Shown: positions 18,378 to 27,362 of the stretch, in pieces
Position numbering within the stretch: the first letter of the stretch is position 1
Layout of the letters: every line of letters begins with the position of its first letter
Source: a virus
Taxonomy: Duplodnaviria > Caudoviricetes
IMG/VR virus record: IMGVR_UViG_2844225640_000006
Location: 8,495-72,494 of that record
DNA: 64,000 nt
Direction: 5' to 3' (one strand)
Notes under the pieces: model-generated
Told to the model about the DNA's origin: nothing
The model's database searches: none
Seen by the model: the letters and a program-made list of their open reading frames with translations, nothing else
Program-made: the position numbers and the translations under genes

Positions 18378-20443
18378 CAGATGCTCCCTCTGCTACCCCA
18401 AACGCTCGATGGCCGCGCAGGCCGGTTAGGGGCTGGACGGGTCGGTGTTTCTGGCGGCTCGGTAGGTTGAACTTCACGAACGACACGCCTCGAAGGGTTC
18501 ACGTCGTCTCGCAGTTTGGACAGGTTCAGGATCATTGCGCAGGCGCCCTGCATGGATTCACAGTCGAGGAAGTGGTTTTCCTTTGACCGTTGAACCCACT
18601 TCACCTTGCCGCCGGGAGCGCGCATGCGGCTCTCGGAAACGATCTGGCGGGCATAGTCCTCGCTGATGTCCTCGGGCAGATACCACGCCCCTGGCGCATC
18701 ATCGGCCCAACGGATCTTCTGCTGCACCCACGACTTGAAGTAGTCGGTGTCCAGCCGGAGCAGATCCAACCCCTTTTTGATTTCCTTGCCGCCGATCTGG
18801 ATGTCGATCTTGTTAGCCAAGAGCGGCTTGCGCATCGGGTTAGACGATCCCTTCGTCGCCCGCACAAGATGTGGGAATCGACGAGCGAAGGCGTAAACCC
18901 GGTGCTCGGGAACAAGGAACTTCTTGCCGGGCCGATAGCCGGAGTCGACCAGAGCGAGCCTGATAGGCAGACCGTCATAGGTATCCGTTAGCACATTGGC
19001 GAACGTGTCCCAGACCTCCTCGCCTTCAGTCATGCCGTACAGCTCTCGGGCTTCGACCAGCCATGACGTGCCGCCAGCGCCCCACCCACGGATGACGTAG
19101 ATAAGGCGGTCCAGCTGCACGTCGCAGGTTAGCGTCAGAACCTTGACGGCCCCAGGTACTTCCCCCATGACGTAGTCGTCGGTGCATTCCATGACCTCGC
19201 TCCACTCGGGAGCTGCGCCACCACCCGGCGAATAAAGCTCGCCGAAGCCTTGGTTCTTAACCGACTGAACCGCCCGAGGATTACCGGAGCGCACAGCTTC
19301 GACATACGCTGCAGCACGTTCTCCCCACGATTTGAATGGAGAACAGAGGCCGGACACCCAATAGCTAAGCGTCCATGCATCCGGCGGCATTCCGATAACG
19401 TTGCCTTCTAAGTCAACAGACTGACCGGGCGCGACGTAGACGCCGCGATCATTCATCCACTCTTTCGTGGTGATGTCCGCATTGTCCGGTGCCGGGTCGT
19501 TATCAAAGATGAGGCAGCCATTCTTCGGGCACATAAGATGCGCCGTCCGCTGCGCCAATGCAGGAGTCGACGGCAGTTCTCGACCAGCCTCAGACATCGG
19601 CTTGTCCCACGCAAGGCAGGCAAACCGGGGAATGAAATACTCGCCACAGTGAGGGCAGGGCCATGCCCAATGGTATCGAGTCCCCGTCAGCCACAAGCGC
19701 CAGACCGTGGACTTGATCTCATCCGGGTCAACCTCAGACCAGAACTCAAGGCCGCTTTCAGGGTCGGTTTCCACTTCGGCCACCCCCTCGCTTGGCGTTG
19801 ACGTGATGGCGTGAACGAAGGCCGGATAGGTATCACCGCGCGCATCGATCAGGCCGACCGGGTCGCCTTGACCGTTGAGGTTACCCGCCAGCTCGTCCAC
19901 TTCGTCCGTGAGCGCCAGACCAAACGGGTCCGACTTCATCGCCGTGGATGACCCACCATGCGCCAGTCTCAGCGGAACACCGTTGATCAGCTTCTTGGTT
20001 TTCTTCTGCTTGGACTTGGCCGCGACGACATCCTTGAGGCAGGTGCTGCGCATAAGTTCATCAATGCGCGGTTCCCACTGGTTGATGATGAAGTCCTTCG
20101 ACGGGCCGACATACAAGGTCGGAACCGGATGAGTGTCGAGGCGCTCCCCGATCAGATCGAGAAACGTCTCCGACTTGCCAGACTGAGCAGACACCACCAT
20201 GACCACGCGCTTGTGCGTCCGGCCGTGAACAGCCATCGCGAAAGGGATCATGTACGGAGTCTTGTGCGGATTGCGTGGGCCCGGATGACCCGCCGTGTCG
20301 GGATATTCGCGGTTGTCTTTCGCCCATTGGACAGGGTCAGTCCTCGGCCTCGGCGTCAGAAGTTTCCTCACCCGACCGTAGATCCGCGATTTTTTTGGCA
20401 AGACGATCTGCCAATCGGAGCCTTCCCTTGTCGATGATGTCAT
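18374..20443 (-). CDS. Terminase large subunit, lambda gpA family
   Basis: SAQSGKS Walker A, DEVD, TSTP, CPHCG, DVQ, DSGY, NHFLDC. Confidence 0.95.
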   Translation of the reverse strand: MTSSTREGSDWQIVLPKKSRIYGRVRKLLTPRPRTDPVQWAKDNREYPDTAGHPGPRNPHKTPYMIPFAMAVHGRTHKRVVMVVSAQSGKSETFLDLIGERLDTHPVPTLYVGPSKDFIINQWEPRIDELMRSTCLKDVVAAKSKQKKTKKLINGVPLRLAHGGSSTAMKSDPFGLALTDEVDELAGNLNGQGDPVGLIDARGDTYPAFVHAITSTPSEGVAEVETDPESGLEFWSEVDPDEIKSTVWRLWLTGTRYHWAWPCPHCGEYFIPRFACLAWDKPMSEAGRELPSTPALAQRTAHLMCPKNGCLIFDNDPAPDNADITTKEWMNDRGVYVAPGQSVDLEGNVIGMPPDAWTLSYWVSGLCSPFKSWGERAAAYVEAVRSGNPRAVQSVKNQGFGELYSPGGGAAPEWSEVMECTDDYVMGEVPGAVKVLTLTCDVQLDRLIYVIRGWGAGGTSWLVEARELYGMTEGEEVWDTFANVLTDTYDGLPIRLALVDSGYRPGKKFLVPEHRVYAFARRFPHLVRATKGSSNPMRKPLLANKIDIQIGGKEIKKGLDLLRLDTDYFKSWVQQKIRWADDAPGAWYLPEDISEDYARQIVSESRMRAPGGKVKWVQRSKENHFLDCESMQGACAMILNLSKLRDDVNPSRRVVREVQPTEPPETPTRPAPNRPARPSSVWGSRGSIW

Positions 20444-20906
20444 TCAATCTCTGCCGCTCTCGCGGCGCTCCCGTGATCTCGGCTGGCAGGCCGTTGAGGT
20501 AGGAAAGGAATAGACCAGCCAGCTCGTCCGCTACGGACAAGGCTTCATCGAGCGTGATCAGCTCGCGGTCTTTCCTCATACGGTTCATGCGGAGGTCGAG
20601 CGCCTTTTCTTCCCGGACCTTGTCCAGGCTTTCGCTCCCGGTCTTCTTGACCGCGCCATCCTTGAGATGATCGGCATATGCCCGGACGGTATCGCCTATG
20701 GCGTAGCCAACACCCGTCTTCGACAGCACACCATCCGTCGTCATGATGCGAAGGAACCGGTCGCTCACCCGAAGAATCCGGGACATCTCCTGCTGGTTCA
20801 CCACCTGATCGGCGATGTACGACTTCGGAGTTGGTGCCACCGCAACCTTCTTCGGCGCTGCCGCTTTCTTTGCCGCAGGTTTCTTTTTTGCTGCCGTCGC
20901 CATCAT
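20337..20906 (-). CDS. Terminase small subunit (Nu1-like wHTH)
   Basis: VNQQEMSRILRVSDR HTH plus coiled coil; overlaps TerL. Confidence 0.8.
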   Translation of the reverse strand: MMATAAKKKPAAKKAAAPKKVAVAPTPKSYIADQVVNQQEMSRILRVSDRFLRIMTTDGVLSKTGVGYAIGDTVRAYADHLKDGAVKKTGSESLDKVREEKALDLRMNRMRKDRELITLDEALSVADELAGLFLSYLNGLPAEITGAPRERQRLNDIIDKGRLRLADRLAKKIADLRSGEETSDAEAED

Positions 20907-21052
20907 CTCACCCTTGCAAGTTTCTTATCTCGCCGCCGTGCTCGGCGGTTTCCCTGTTCCATCCATGGGGCAGGGGCCGTCGGTACATCGGGAGATATGC
21001 GTTGCTCGCCAGACACGACGAGCAACATCAATGCGGCGACCGCGATCAGCAT
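20903..21052 (-). CDS. Possible 49-aa protein with hydrophobic N-terminus
   Basis: Read manually: MLIAVAALMLLVVSG...; overlaps both neighbours. Confidence 0.35.
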   Translation of the reverse strand: MLIAVAALMLLVVSGEQRISPDVPTAPAPWMEQGNRRARRRDKKLARVR

Positions 21053-21738
21053 TAGAACCTCATGAGTTTTTCGATGCGCTTGCCTACGTGCAGCTCAAGC
21101 TGCTGCGGGCCGACCACCAAGAACGTGTTCAAGGACTCGTCCTCTGGGATTTCCTTCATCAGTGCGGGGCCGAACAGCCGGCGGATCTTGCCGTACTTCA
21201 CCCCCGAGGAGGCGAACTTGCCGCCTGCGCCTCGTGGCTGATTAGGCTTCCGGCCAAAGGTCCAAAGCGCTTTCGGTGCGCGACTTGACGTCCCGGCGCT
21301 CGGTGGCAGCATCGCGTAGAAATTTCCGTCCGCAACAAACGAGCGTTTGAAGATGCGCGGATTGTTCCACACTCCAGACCGGACGGTTCCCCGATCCAGT
21401 CCCTTGCGGCCAACATTCAATCGGCTGGATGATTTCACCGATCGAAGTCCCCGATACTTCTCAATGTCCGTGCCGCCCTTCACACCGAAGATGTCGAAGG
21501 CGAGAATTGCTTTGCGAGAGACGCCCCTCGTACCGGCCACGACGTAGCCCTGATAGTTGCCGGGCTTCAGGTTCATCTGTTTGGTGACTGCCTTCTGCAC
21601 CTTCACTTTGGTGCGACGGCCAGCGTCAACAACGCCACGATGAAGCTCATCTTTGAAGGTGCCTTTAGCCAGGCGCTCCGACAATCGAGTGAAGCTCTTC
21701 AGCGAATTGATGTTTGAAGTGCCGAGCTTGATCTGCAT
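21052..21738 (-). CDS. Minor tail protein Z-like basic protein
   Basis: Basic; resembles lambda gpZ family; GGAGG SD before ATG at 21738. Confidence 0.5.
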   Translation of the reverse strand: MQIKLGTSNINSLKSFTRLSERLAKGTFKDELHRGVVDAGRRTKVKVQKAVTKQMNLKPGNYQGYVVAGTRGVSRKAILAFDIFGVKGGTDIEKYRGLRSVKSSSRLNVGRKGLDRGTVRSGVWNNPRIFKRSFVADGNFYAMLPPSAGTSSRAPKALWTFGRKPNQPRGAGGKFASSGVKYGKIRRLFGPALMKEIPEDESLNTFLVVGPQQLELHVGKRIEKLMRF

Positions 21739-21929
21739 TTCAGCCTCCAAACGATAGCTTTGTTCTAACGATGCCCCGGTGTTTCCGTGGTCGTACGCAA
21801 AATTATTTCTATCGGAGCTAGTCACCCCGTAGAATTTTTTTCTCGAAACTGAGTGCCAAGATCACCCGGACCAAGAGGCCGACCGTCACGGAATCGGAAC
21901 GGTAGAAACAAAATCTTCAAAACCGCTCG

Positions 21930-21985
21930 AATACTGCGCTGCGCCCGACCCGCGGTGCCCCGCCCCCTGCCAGAAGAACCTAACC
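21930..21985 (-). other. Candidate cos (cosQ/cosN-like) packaging site
   Basis: Minus strand AGGTTCTTC..GGGGCGGGGCACCGCGGGT upstream of TerS; resembles lambda GGGTCCT..GGGCGGCGACCTCGCGGGT. Confidence 0.4.
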
Positions 21986-22473
21986 GGCCACGGGGTCTAA
22001 CCCATTGATATGTAATGACATTTGGCGGCGTCTCACGTGGGCGCGCATGAGGCGGGCACGTGGGCGCATGGGTAGGCGCGTGGGTGGCGTGCACGTGGGT
22101 GCGGGCATAGCGCGCCATGAGCGGGCAGGCATGGGCAGGCGCTGGCATGGCGTAGGGTAGGGCAGACGCCTTCCGGCTTCGCCTTCGCTTCGCTCTGCTA
22201 GTCCTGTTAGCGTATGTGGAATGTGGCTATGTGCACCATGCGCGGCGTCCGGCGTCTGGGCCGTACCTTATCGCCGCTGGCAATAATGGCTTATGGGCAT
22301 TTGTTTGACTCGCCGATTTGAGTCCACGCAAGGGGAAAAGTGAAAAGCCTATCCGCTTTGCACCATAGCCAGCGCCCGCCACCTATCGGCCGCATGTGCG
22401 GTTGACAGCCTATGACGCGGCCTTCCTGCCACCATGGCCCGGCCTGTTTTTTGGGAGATTTGGCGGAAATGTA

Positions 22474-22577
22474 ATTCGTTTCGTATAAAATTGTTTTGTT
22501 TGTTTTCAATACGTTAGATACAAAACGTATAATTTATTAAAAATAGCGCTTGCGTTTAATACGATCTGAATTATTCT
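22474..22577 (+). promoter_or_regulatory. AT-rich promoter with three operator-like sites
   Basis: TTGCGT (22550)-16 nt-TATTCT (22572); ATWCR-N3-YGWAT sites at 22474, 22518 and 22559. Confidence 0.55.
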
Positions 22578-22584
22578 ATGTGTA

Positions 22585-23063
22585 TCGAAGCAACGGCAAC
22601 GGGGCAACGATACGCCGAACCGGCAACGGTCTAGCGGGATCTTTGAAAATAAGTCGACGGCTTTTTGCCTTTGCCCTGTTAGGTGGACGTAATGCGAGAC
22701 TGATTCGTCGGTGCGGCATAGCGGGATTGACCAGAGATAAAGGACTCACGAAAAGCGCGGTCGCGAATCGGTGATTGATACGTGTGAAGCCTTACAAGCT
22801 TTGCCAGTCAATCGGGGCCTATGTTCCGGCCTGACTTAACAATAGGACATTTGCAAATATGCGCCGCTGGAAACAGGACGGGCGATAAAGCAAAGCACAA
22901 TAGGCAATATGCGGTTCGGTTGGGATAGTCCGATGTGAAGCTCTGAAAAAGCGCCGCTCTATAAGGCTAGTCCCCGGCAAGCGCCGGATGTTTCGAGATA
23001 AACCATTCAAAGAATTTTCAATGTGAAAAGGCCGGAATTGCTGAAAAAGCTTTCCGGCTTTTT
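22585..23063 (+). ncRNA. Candidate structured RNA or leader of about 480 nt
   Basis: No credible ORF; several nested stems and GNRA loops; bounded by a promoter and a terminator. Confidence 0.35.
23026..23063 (+). terminator. Intrinsic terminator, possibly bidirectional
   Basis: AAAAGGCCGGAA..TTCCGGCTTTTT. Confidence 0.65.
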
Positions 23064-23118
23064 CCGTTGCAATGGCTTGGCAGATAAGGCCGGGCTTTTT
23101 CAACGGAAAGGCAAGGCA

Positions 23119-23310
23119 ATGGATTTTGAAACTGCTATGGAAAGTAACGTCTCAATCAATGCAGCAATAGCCGAATTGGCACGGCACGGACACAAGGCAA
23201 TCGACTTTGACGATTGCGAGCTATTCGATTGTGTATCGGGCGAAACAATCGCCGTTATCAACGGCGGATGCATTGCAGGCAATGCCGTTCTGGCATGGCT
23301 TGGCTACTGA
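23119..23310 (+). CDS. Hypothetical early protein
   Basis: AAGG SD; MDFETAMES... within the ORF track entry. Confidence 0.5.
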   Translation: MDFETAMESNVSINAAIAELARHGHKAIDFDDCELFDCVSGETIAVINGGCIAGNAVLAWLGY

Positions 23311-23404
23311 ATTGCAGCATAAAGGGCAGGGAAAGCCTGCCTTTTGTGAAGCTATTCGGCTTCGATCCCCGCAATTATGCGACAAATGGAAAAGGAAATT
23401 CATC

Positions 23405-23971
23405 ATGGCAAATTTCAAGGTTCTCAAAGGTAACGCGCTCGGTAAAGCTATCGAAGGCCGTGGCGAAGCCATTGCCACGTTCACGGAAAAAGAGCACCAG
23501 CTTGCCTATTCGGCTATCGCTCATTTGGAAGAACACAACGATGCAAAGTATGTGAACGCGCTTTATGCCGTCACGCCGGTTAACTACCGTGCCGGATTGC
23601 GTGCATGGGTAGGCGCTTTTGCAAAGGCGAAGTTTGAAAAGGAATCGCAGACGTTCGTCTATGCGAAGGGCAAGGAATCGAACCTTGAAAAGGCGCTGGA
23701 AATTGCTCCGGCGAACTATGCCAAGGAATCCAACGCCGGCGCGGGCAAGGCGGCTAAGTCGCTTATGGAACGTGTGGAGTCCGCGGCGAAAAAGGTCATC
23801 GAAAATGAAGCTGCAAGCCGTGACGACAAGGCTTTCGCTCGCGCCTTGAATAACTTCCTTGCCATGCACAAGCGTGCCCTGACGCAGCCAAAGGCGGAAA
23901 AGCCTGCGAAGCCTGCCCCACGCCTTATCAAGGCGAAGCCGGAAGCAACGGCGGAAGCGAAGGCCGCTTAA
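23405..23971 (+). CDS. Hypothetical early phage protein
   Basis: AAGGA SD, preceded by an ANYA hairpin; MANFKVLKG... Confidence 0.75.
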   Translation: MANFKVLKGNALGKAIEGRGEAIATFTEKEHQLAYSAIAHLEEHNDAKYVNALYAVTPVNYRAGLRAWVGAFAKAKFEKESQTFVYAKGKESNLEKALEIAPANYAKESNAGAGKAAKSLMERVESAAKKVIENEAASRDDKAFARALNNFLAMHKRALTQPKAEKPAKPAPRLIKAKPEATAEAKAA

Positions 23972-24285
23972 TCTGAAAAATCGACAGGGCCGGGTCCGAA
24001 TAGGGCCCGGCTTTTCCGTGAACCCCTGCAAGGGCGCTTTCGCGCGCCTTTTCACGGCTTCACGCCGAATGCAGACGCCTAGCAGTCTATGTGCCGCCCG
24101 TCATTCGCCGGAAAGGTTCGACCTCCGATATGGTGCAATCCTCTTTTGCACGGGTATGTCACGGAATGCATAGGCGCGATGATATGAGCGGAAAACAGAT
24201 AGGCCATAGAGCCGATGGCACCGCAAAAAGATCTAGCCGCTAGGCGTCTGCGCCCACGCAATCATGCGCTCATGGAGAAATTGTC

Positions 24286-24471
24286 ATGCTTTCACGCCCG
24301 GAATCCGTCCGGCGGCAGGCTGATTATGCGCCTTTCCGCCACCCACATTTTGAGACTGCCAAGGCCGCACAACGTGCCGCTTTCCTGCGCGAGCTCGAAG
24401 AGTCGGTCAAGCGGTCTGACGCCATGCGCGCACGCCTTTCAACCGCTCGCGTCTTGGAGTCACTGCAATGA
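24286..24471 (+). CDS. Hypothetical protein
   Basis: GGAG SD, ANYA hairpin. Confidence 0.55.
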   Translation: MLSRPESVRRQADYAPFRHPHFETAKAAQRAAFLRELEESVKRSDAMRARLSTARVLESLQ

Positions 24472-24830
24472 AAACCATTCTCGCCGCACTCGCCTTCCTG
24501 CCTGTTTCGCTCCCGCATGATACGGCGCCTATTCCGCGCCCCGACATGCCTGCGCAATATGTCGTGGTCGCGTTCGACAAGGGCTTCACAAAGGCAACTG
24601 TCATCGAAGAATTTCGCGACATTGACGACCTCGAAGCATGTGTCGACGTCGCGCAGTCGTCCGGTGAAGGCCAGTGGACTTCATGCGTTCCCGTAACAGG
24701 TGAGGCTGAAGCGTATGCGCTCGCCGAACCAACGGACTCCATCGCCTGCCTTTTGGCCGCAATCCAGCCCACTGACGCGAACCTTGAAGCGTGCACGGGC
24801 ATTCCGGTAGCGGAGTCGATCCATGAATAG
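24468..24830 (+). CDS. Hypothetical exported acidic protein
   Basis: ATGA coupling; MKTILAALAFL signal-like start; four Cys. Confidence 0.55.
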   Translation: MKTILAALAFLPVSLPHDTAPIPRPDMPAQYVVVAFDKGFTKATVIEEFRDIDDLEACVDVAQSSGEGQWTSCVPVTGEAEAYALAEPTDSIACLLAAIQPTDANLEACTGIPVAESIHE

Positions 24831-25020
24831 CGTTTCGACCTGTCATCTCCCACTCGCCGCGCCGGGACTTATCAGCTTCCGGTGCCGCTCGCCTTTTGGC
24901 TGGATCATGATCGGCGCGCACGATCCCGACGACGCCATGTCTCAAGCCCGACGTTCCAGCGAGTCCGCAAGCCGTGACACGCTGCAAATATGGAACGGCT
25001 CGCGCTATGTGCCGGTGTAA
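24823..25020 (+). CDS. Hypothetical protein
   Basis: GGAG SD; coupled to upstream gene. Confidence 0.55.
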   Translation: MNSVSTCHLPLAAPGLISFRCRSPFGWIMIGAHDPDDAMSQARRSSESASRDTLQIWNGSRYVPV

Positions 25021-25024
25021 CGCC

Positions 25025-25216
25025 ATGCCGCGCCATTGGGAAACACACCTATACACCTACGCCGTCGCCTACCAGCAAGGCGACAAGATCAAGCCTGAAA
25101 ACCTTGCCGGTATGCGCCGCAAGGCGCTTTTGCACGGCCATACAGAAGGCCAATGCCTGCGAGTCGAGCAAGATCCCGGCCTTTACATTCGCACCGGACG
25201 CCTAAGCCCGGTCTAA
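25025..25216 (+). CDS. Hypothetical protein
   Basis: MPRHWETH...; fits operon packing. Confidence 0.5.
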   Translation: MPRHWETHLYTYAVAYQQGDKIKPENLAGMRRKALLHGHTEGQCLRVEQDPGLYIRTGRLSPV

Positions 25217-25260
25217 CCCGCACCCCGCACCCTGCAACTATGCACGAAAGGAAACGCGCC

Positions 25261-25515
25261 ATGAGCAACCCCGCTCAAGCCGCCCTGTCACGCGCCGTCA
25301 ACCGCGCAATCGCCAATGGCTCGCCTGTTGTCGTGAACGTCCCGCCGCGTATTGCGCCTGGATACCGCGCCTTTACCGGCCATGTTTTCACGGCAACGCA
25401 AGCGGCGGCTTACAACGCCGCGCTTGACCGATTCGAGCGGTCGCCGAATGAGGCGAACCAGAATGGCGCGCACAATCTTTTCTATTCCATCGCCTTGACC
25501 GGAAAGGAAGCATGA
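25261..25515 (+). CDS. Hypothetical protein
   Basis: AAGGA SD, ANYA hairpin. Confidence 0.6.
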   Translation: MSNPAQAALSRAVNRAIANGSPVVVNVPPRIAPGYRAFTGHVFTATQAAAYNAALDRFERSPNEANQNGAHNLFYSIALTGKEA

Positions 25516-25685
25516 CCGTGCGCAAACTGAAAGCATTTCTGCTTGGGATGCGGGAGTTCCGCCTGTCCATTACATGGGCTGACCCCGCTCGCACCGACGA
25601 CTGCGACTATACCGGGCTTGACGAATCCTACGACAGAGGCCGGGAATTTGCGCACCGTCTGACCCTGCGCGCCTTCGACGGCTGA
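25512..25685 (+). CDS. Hypothetical protein (57 aa)
   Basis: Read manually: MTVRKLKAFLLGMREF...; ATGA coupling. Confidence 0.5.
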   Translation: MTVRKLKAFLLGMREFRLSITWADPARTDDCDYTGLDESYDRGREFAHRLTLRAFDG

Positions 25686-25733
25686 CTACACCTTTCACCA
25701 CCCGCAAACATGCGAAAAGAGGAGATCCGCGCC

Positions 25734-25925
25734 ATGAAAGCGCCCGTTGCATACACATACGTCATATTGAACGAACGTCGCCGCTCGACGGCCCGCTGGT
25801 CGCTGGCAATCCAGTTCCCGAACGGAATCCTTGAGCGCCTCACGACATACAAAAGTCGTTACCGCGCCGTGTCCGCCGCAAAGACTCTCGCCGTCGGCTC
25901 CTGCCGCATAGAGGTGCGCGCGTGA
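25734..25925 (+). CDS. Hypothetical protein
   Basis: GAGGAG SD, ANYA hairpin. Confidence 0.55.
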   Translation: MKAPVAYTYVILNERRRSTARWSLAIQFPNGILERLTTYKSRYRAVSAAKTLAVGSCRIEVRA

Positions 25926-26204
25926 AAGATGCACTCCGCGAACTGGCTGACTTCCTTTGTTACGACGTCATGCCTGCCGTGGTCGTTACGGCCTTCATGC
26001 TTGTTTTCTGGGCTGTCGCGATAGCGATCCTGCCACAATAGTTTGGCCTCTGCCCCCGAGGCTGACTTCCGATCCCTCAAAACCGGAGGTGTCCCATGCG
26101 CCGGGCTTTTAAAGCCGGCTGACCCAACTCGGCGGGAAATCCGCGTGACCGCCCGCCCTCGTAACCGGCGCGCACCCCCTCGCAATCATGCAACAGAGAA
26201 AATT

Positions 26205-26294
26205 ATGTCTTTTGAGACCGTCTTTATCGCCATCGGCTTAATTCATATCGCCGCTTCGCTCGTCGCCTACCGCCTTTTGTTGCGGAGCAGGTAA
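26205..26294 (+). CDS. Small single-TM peptide (29 aa)
   Basis: MSFETVFIAIGLIHIAASLVAYRLLLRSR, preceded by an ANYA hairpin. Confidence 0.4.
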   Translation: MSFETVFIAIGLIHIAASLVAYRLLLRSR

Positions 26295-26331
26295 CGCTTT
26301 CACCCGCAACCATGCATATGAGGAGATCAAC

Positions 26332-27117
26332 ATGAATGCCGCCCTGCCGCTCATTGTGAGCCTGAATTGCGGGTGTTTCTTCCGTGGTCGGTTCCTGATC
26401 GAGACGCCCGAATGCGAAGAGCATCGCAAGCTCGACAGCCTCGACGACGAACCGACCGAGTTCAAGTTCGACCAGCTGTCCGACCGAGCGAAAGAACGCG
26501 CTCGCGAGAAATTCCGCGACGGCTATCTCAACTATGATTGGTGGGATTCTGTCTATGACGCCGCCGTTACCATCGCCGAAATGATGGGCATAGAGATAGA
26601 TGGCACCGCGCGGCAACCATCAATACAGTTCTCCGGCTTCTGGTCGCAAGGTGACGGCGCGTCGTTTTCAGGGCGCTGGACCCCATTGGCCGATCCGCTC
26701 GCCTCGCTCAACAAGGTGATGGAATACGCGCCACTGGACAAGGAACTGCATTCACTCGCCTTCGATCTGGCGTTGCTTTCCGAAGGATGCCGCGATCTCA
26801 TTCCCAATGCCTATGTCCGCGTCACCAACTCTGGATATTATTCACACTCCGGCAGCACGCATTTCGACATTGACCTGCCGCTCCCCGACAACATCGACGA
26901 GGACAACGAACTGCAAGTCATGGTCTATGAAGCCTTGCTCAAGGCTCGCGATCTGGACTTCGACTCATTCGAGGACCGCATCAAGGCAAGCCTGCGCGGC
27001 TTCATGGACTGGATATATGACCAGCTTGAGACCGAGCATGACTGGCTCATGTCCGATGAAAACATTGACGAGGCGCTCGCCGATTACAACTTCGATGAAG
27101 AAGGAGAGTTGCTTTGA
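26332..27117 (+). CDS. Acidic mobile-element protein (family often labelled antitoxin-like; function uncertain)
   Basis: FDQLSDRAKERAR, DWWD, FSGFWSQGDGASF motifs. Confidence 0.6.
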   Translation: MNAALPLIVSLNCGCFFRGRFLIETPECEEHRKLDSLDDEPTEFKFDQLSDRAKERAREKFRDGYLNYDWWDSVYDAAVTIAEMMGIEIDGTARQPSIQFSGFWSQGDGASFSGRWTPLADPLASLNKVMEYAPLDKELHSLAFDLALLSEGCRDLIPNAYVRVTNSGYYSHSGSTHFDIDLPLPDNIDEDNELQVMVYEALLKARDLDFDSFEDRIKASLRGFMDWIYDQLETEHDWLMSDENIDEALADYNFDEEGELL

Positions 27118-27326
27118 TAGCCGAGTTCTCAACCTATCTGCGCATCTTTGACGTGACCACGTTTGTCTCCGCCGCACAAGAACGAGCCAGAAACGAAGGC
27201 GTCGACGAGAATGACGTCAAAGAAATGTACAACGAGTCCAACTTGGACAATTGCCTCATCATGTTGCTCGATCCATCCACGCTTCCCGGTTGCGAAATCC
27301 TCGAAAGTAACGCCGAGATTGCCTGA
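27114..27326 (+). CDS. Hypothetical protein
   Basis: AGGAG SD, coupled TTG start. Confidence 0.55.
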   Translation: MIAEFSTYLRIFDVTTFVSAAQERARNEGVDENDVKEMYNESNLDNCLIMLLDPSTLPGCEILESNAEIA

Positions 27327-27362
27327 CACCCCGCCAACTATGGCACCACAACGGAGACTCCC

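Noticed and set aside
21822-22148. 108-aa His/Ala/Pro-rich ORF
   Set aside because: Translation of the low-complexity tract and candidate cos region; no SD.
22700-22930. Group II intron (GTGCG at about 22710)
   Set aside because: No recognisable domain V and no interrupted gene or maturase.
24186-24196. 11-nt match GAGCGGAAAAC to the reverse complement of the concatenated array 3 dinucleotides
   Set aside because: A match of this length is plausible by chance in 64 kb on two strands and does not extend.
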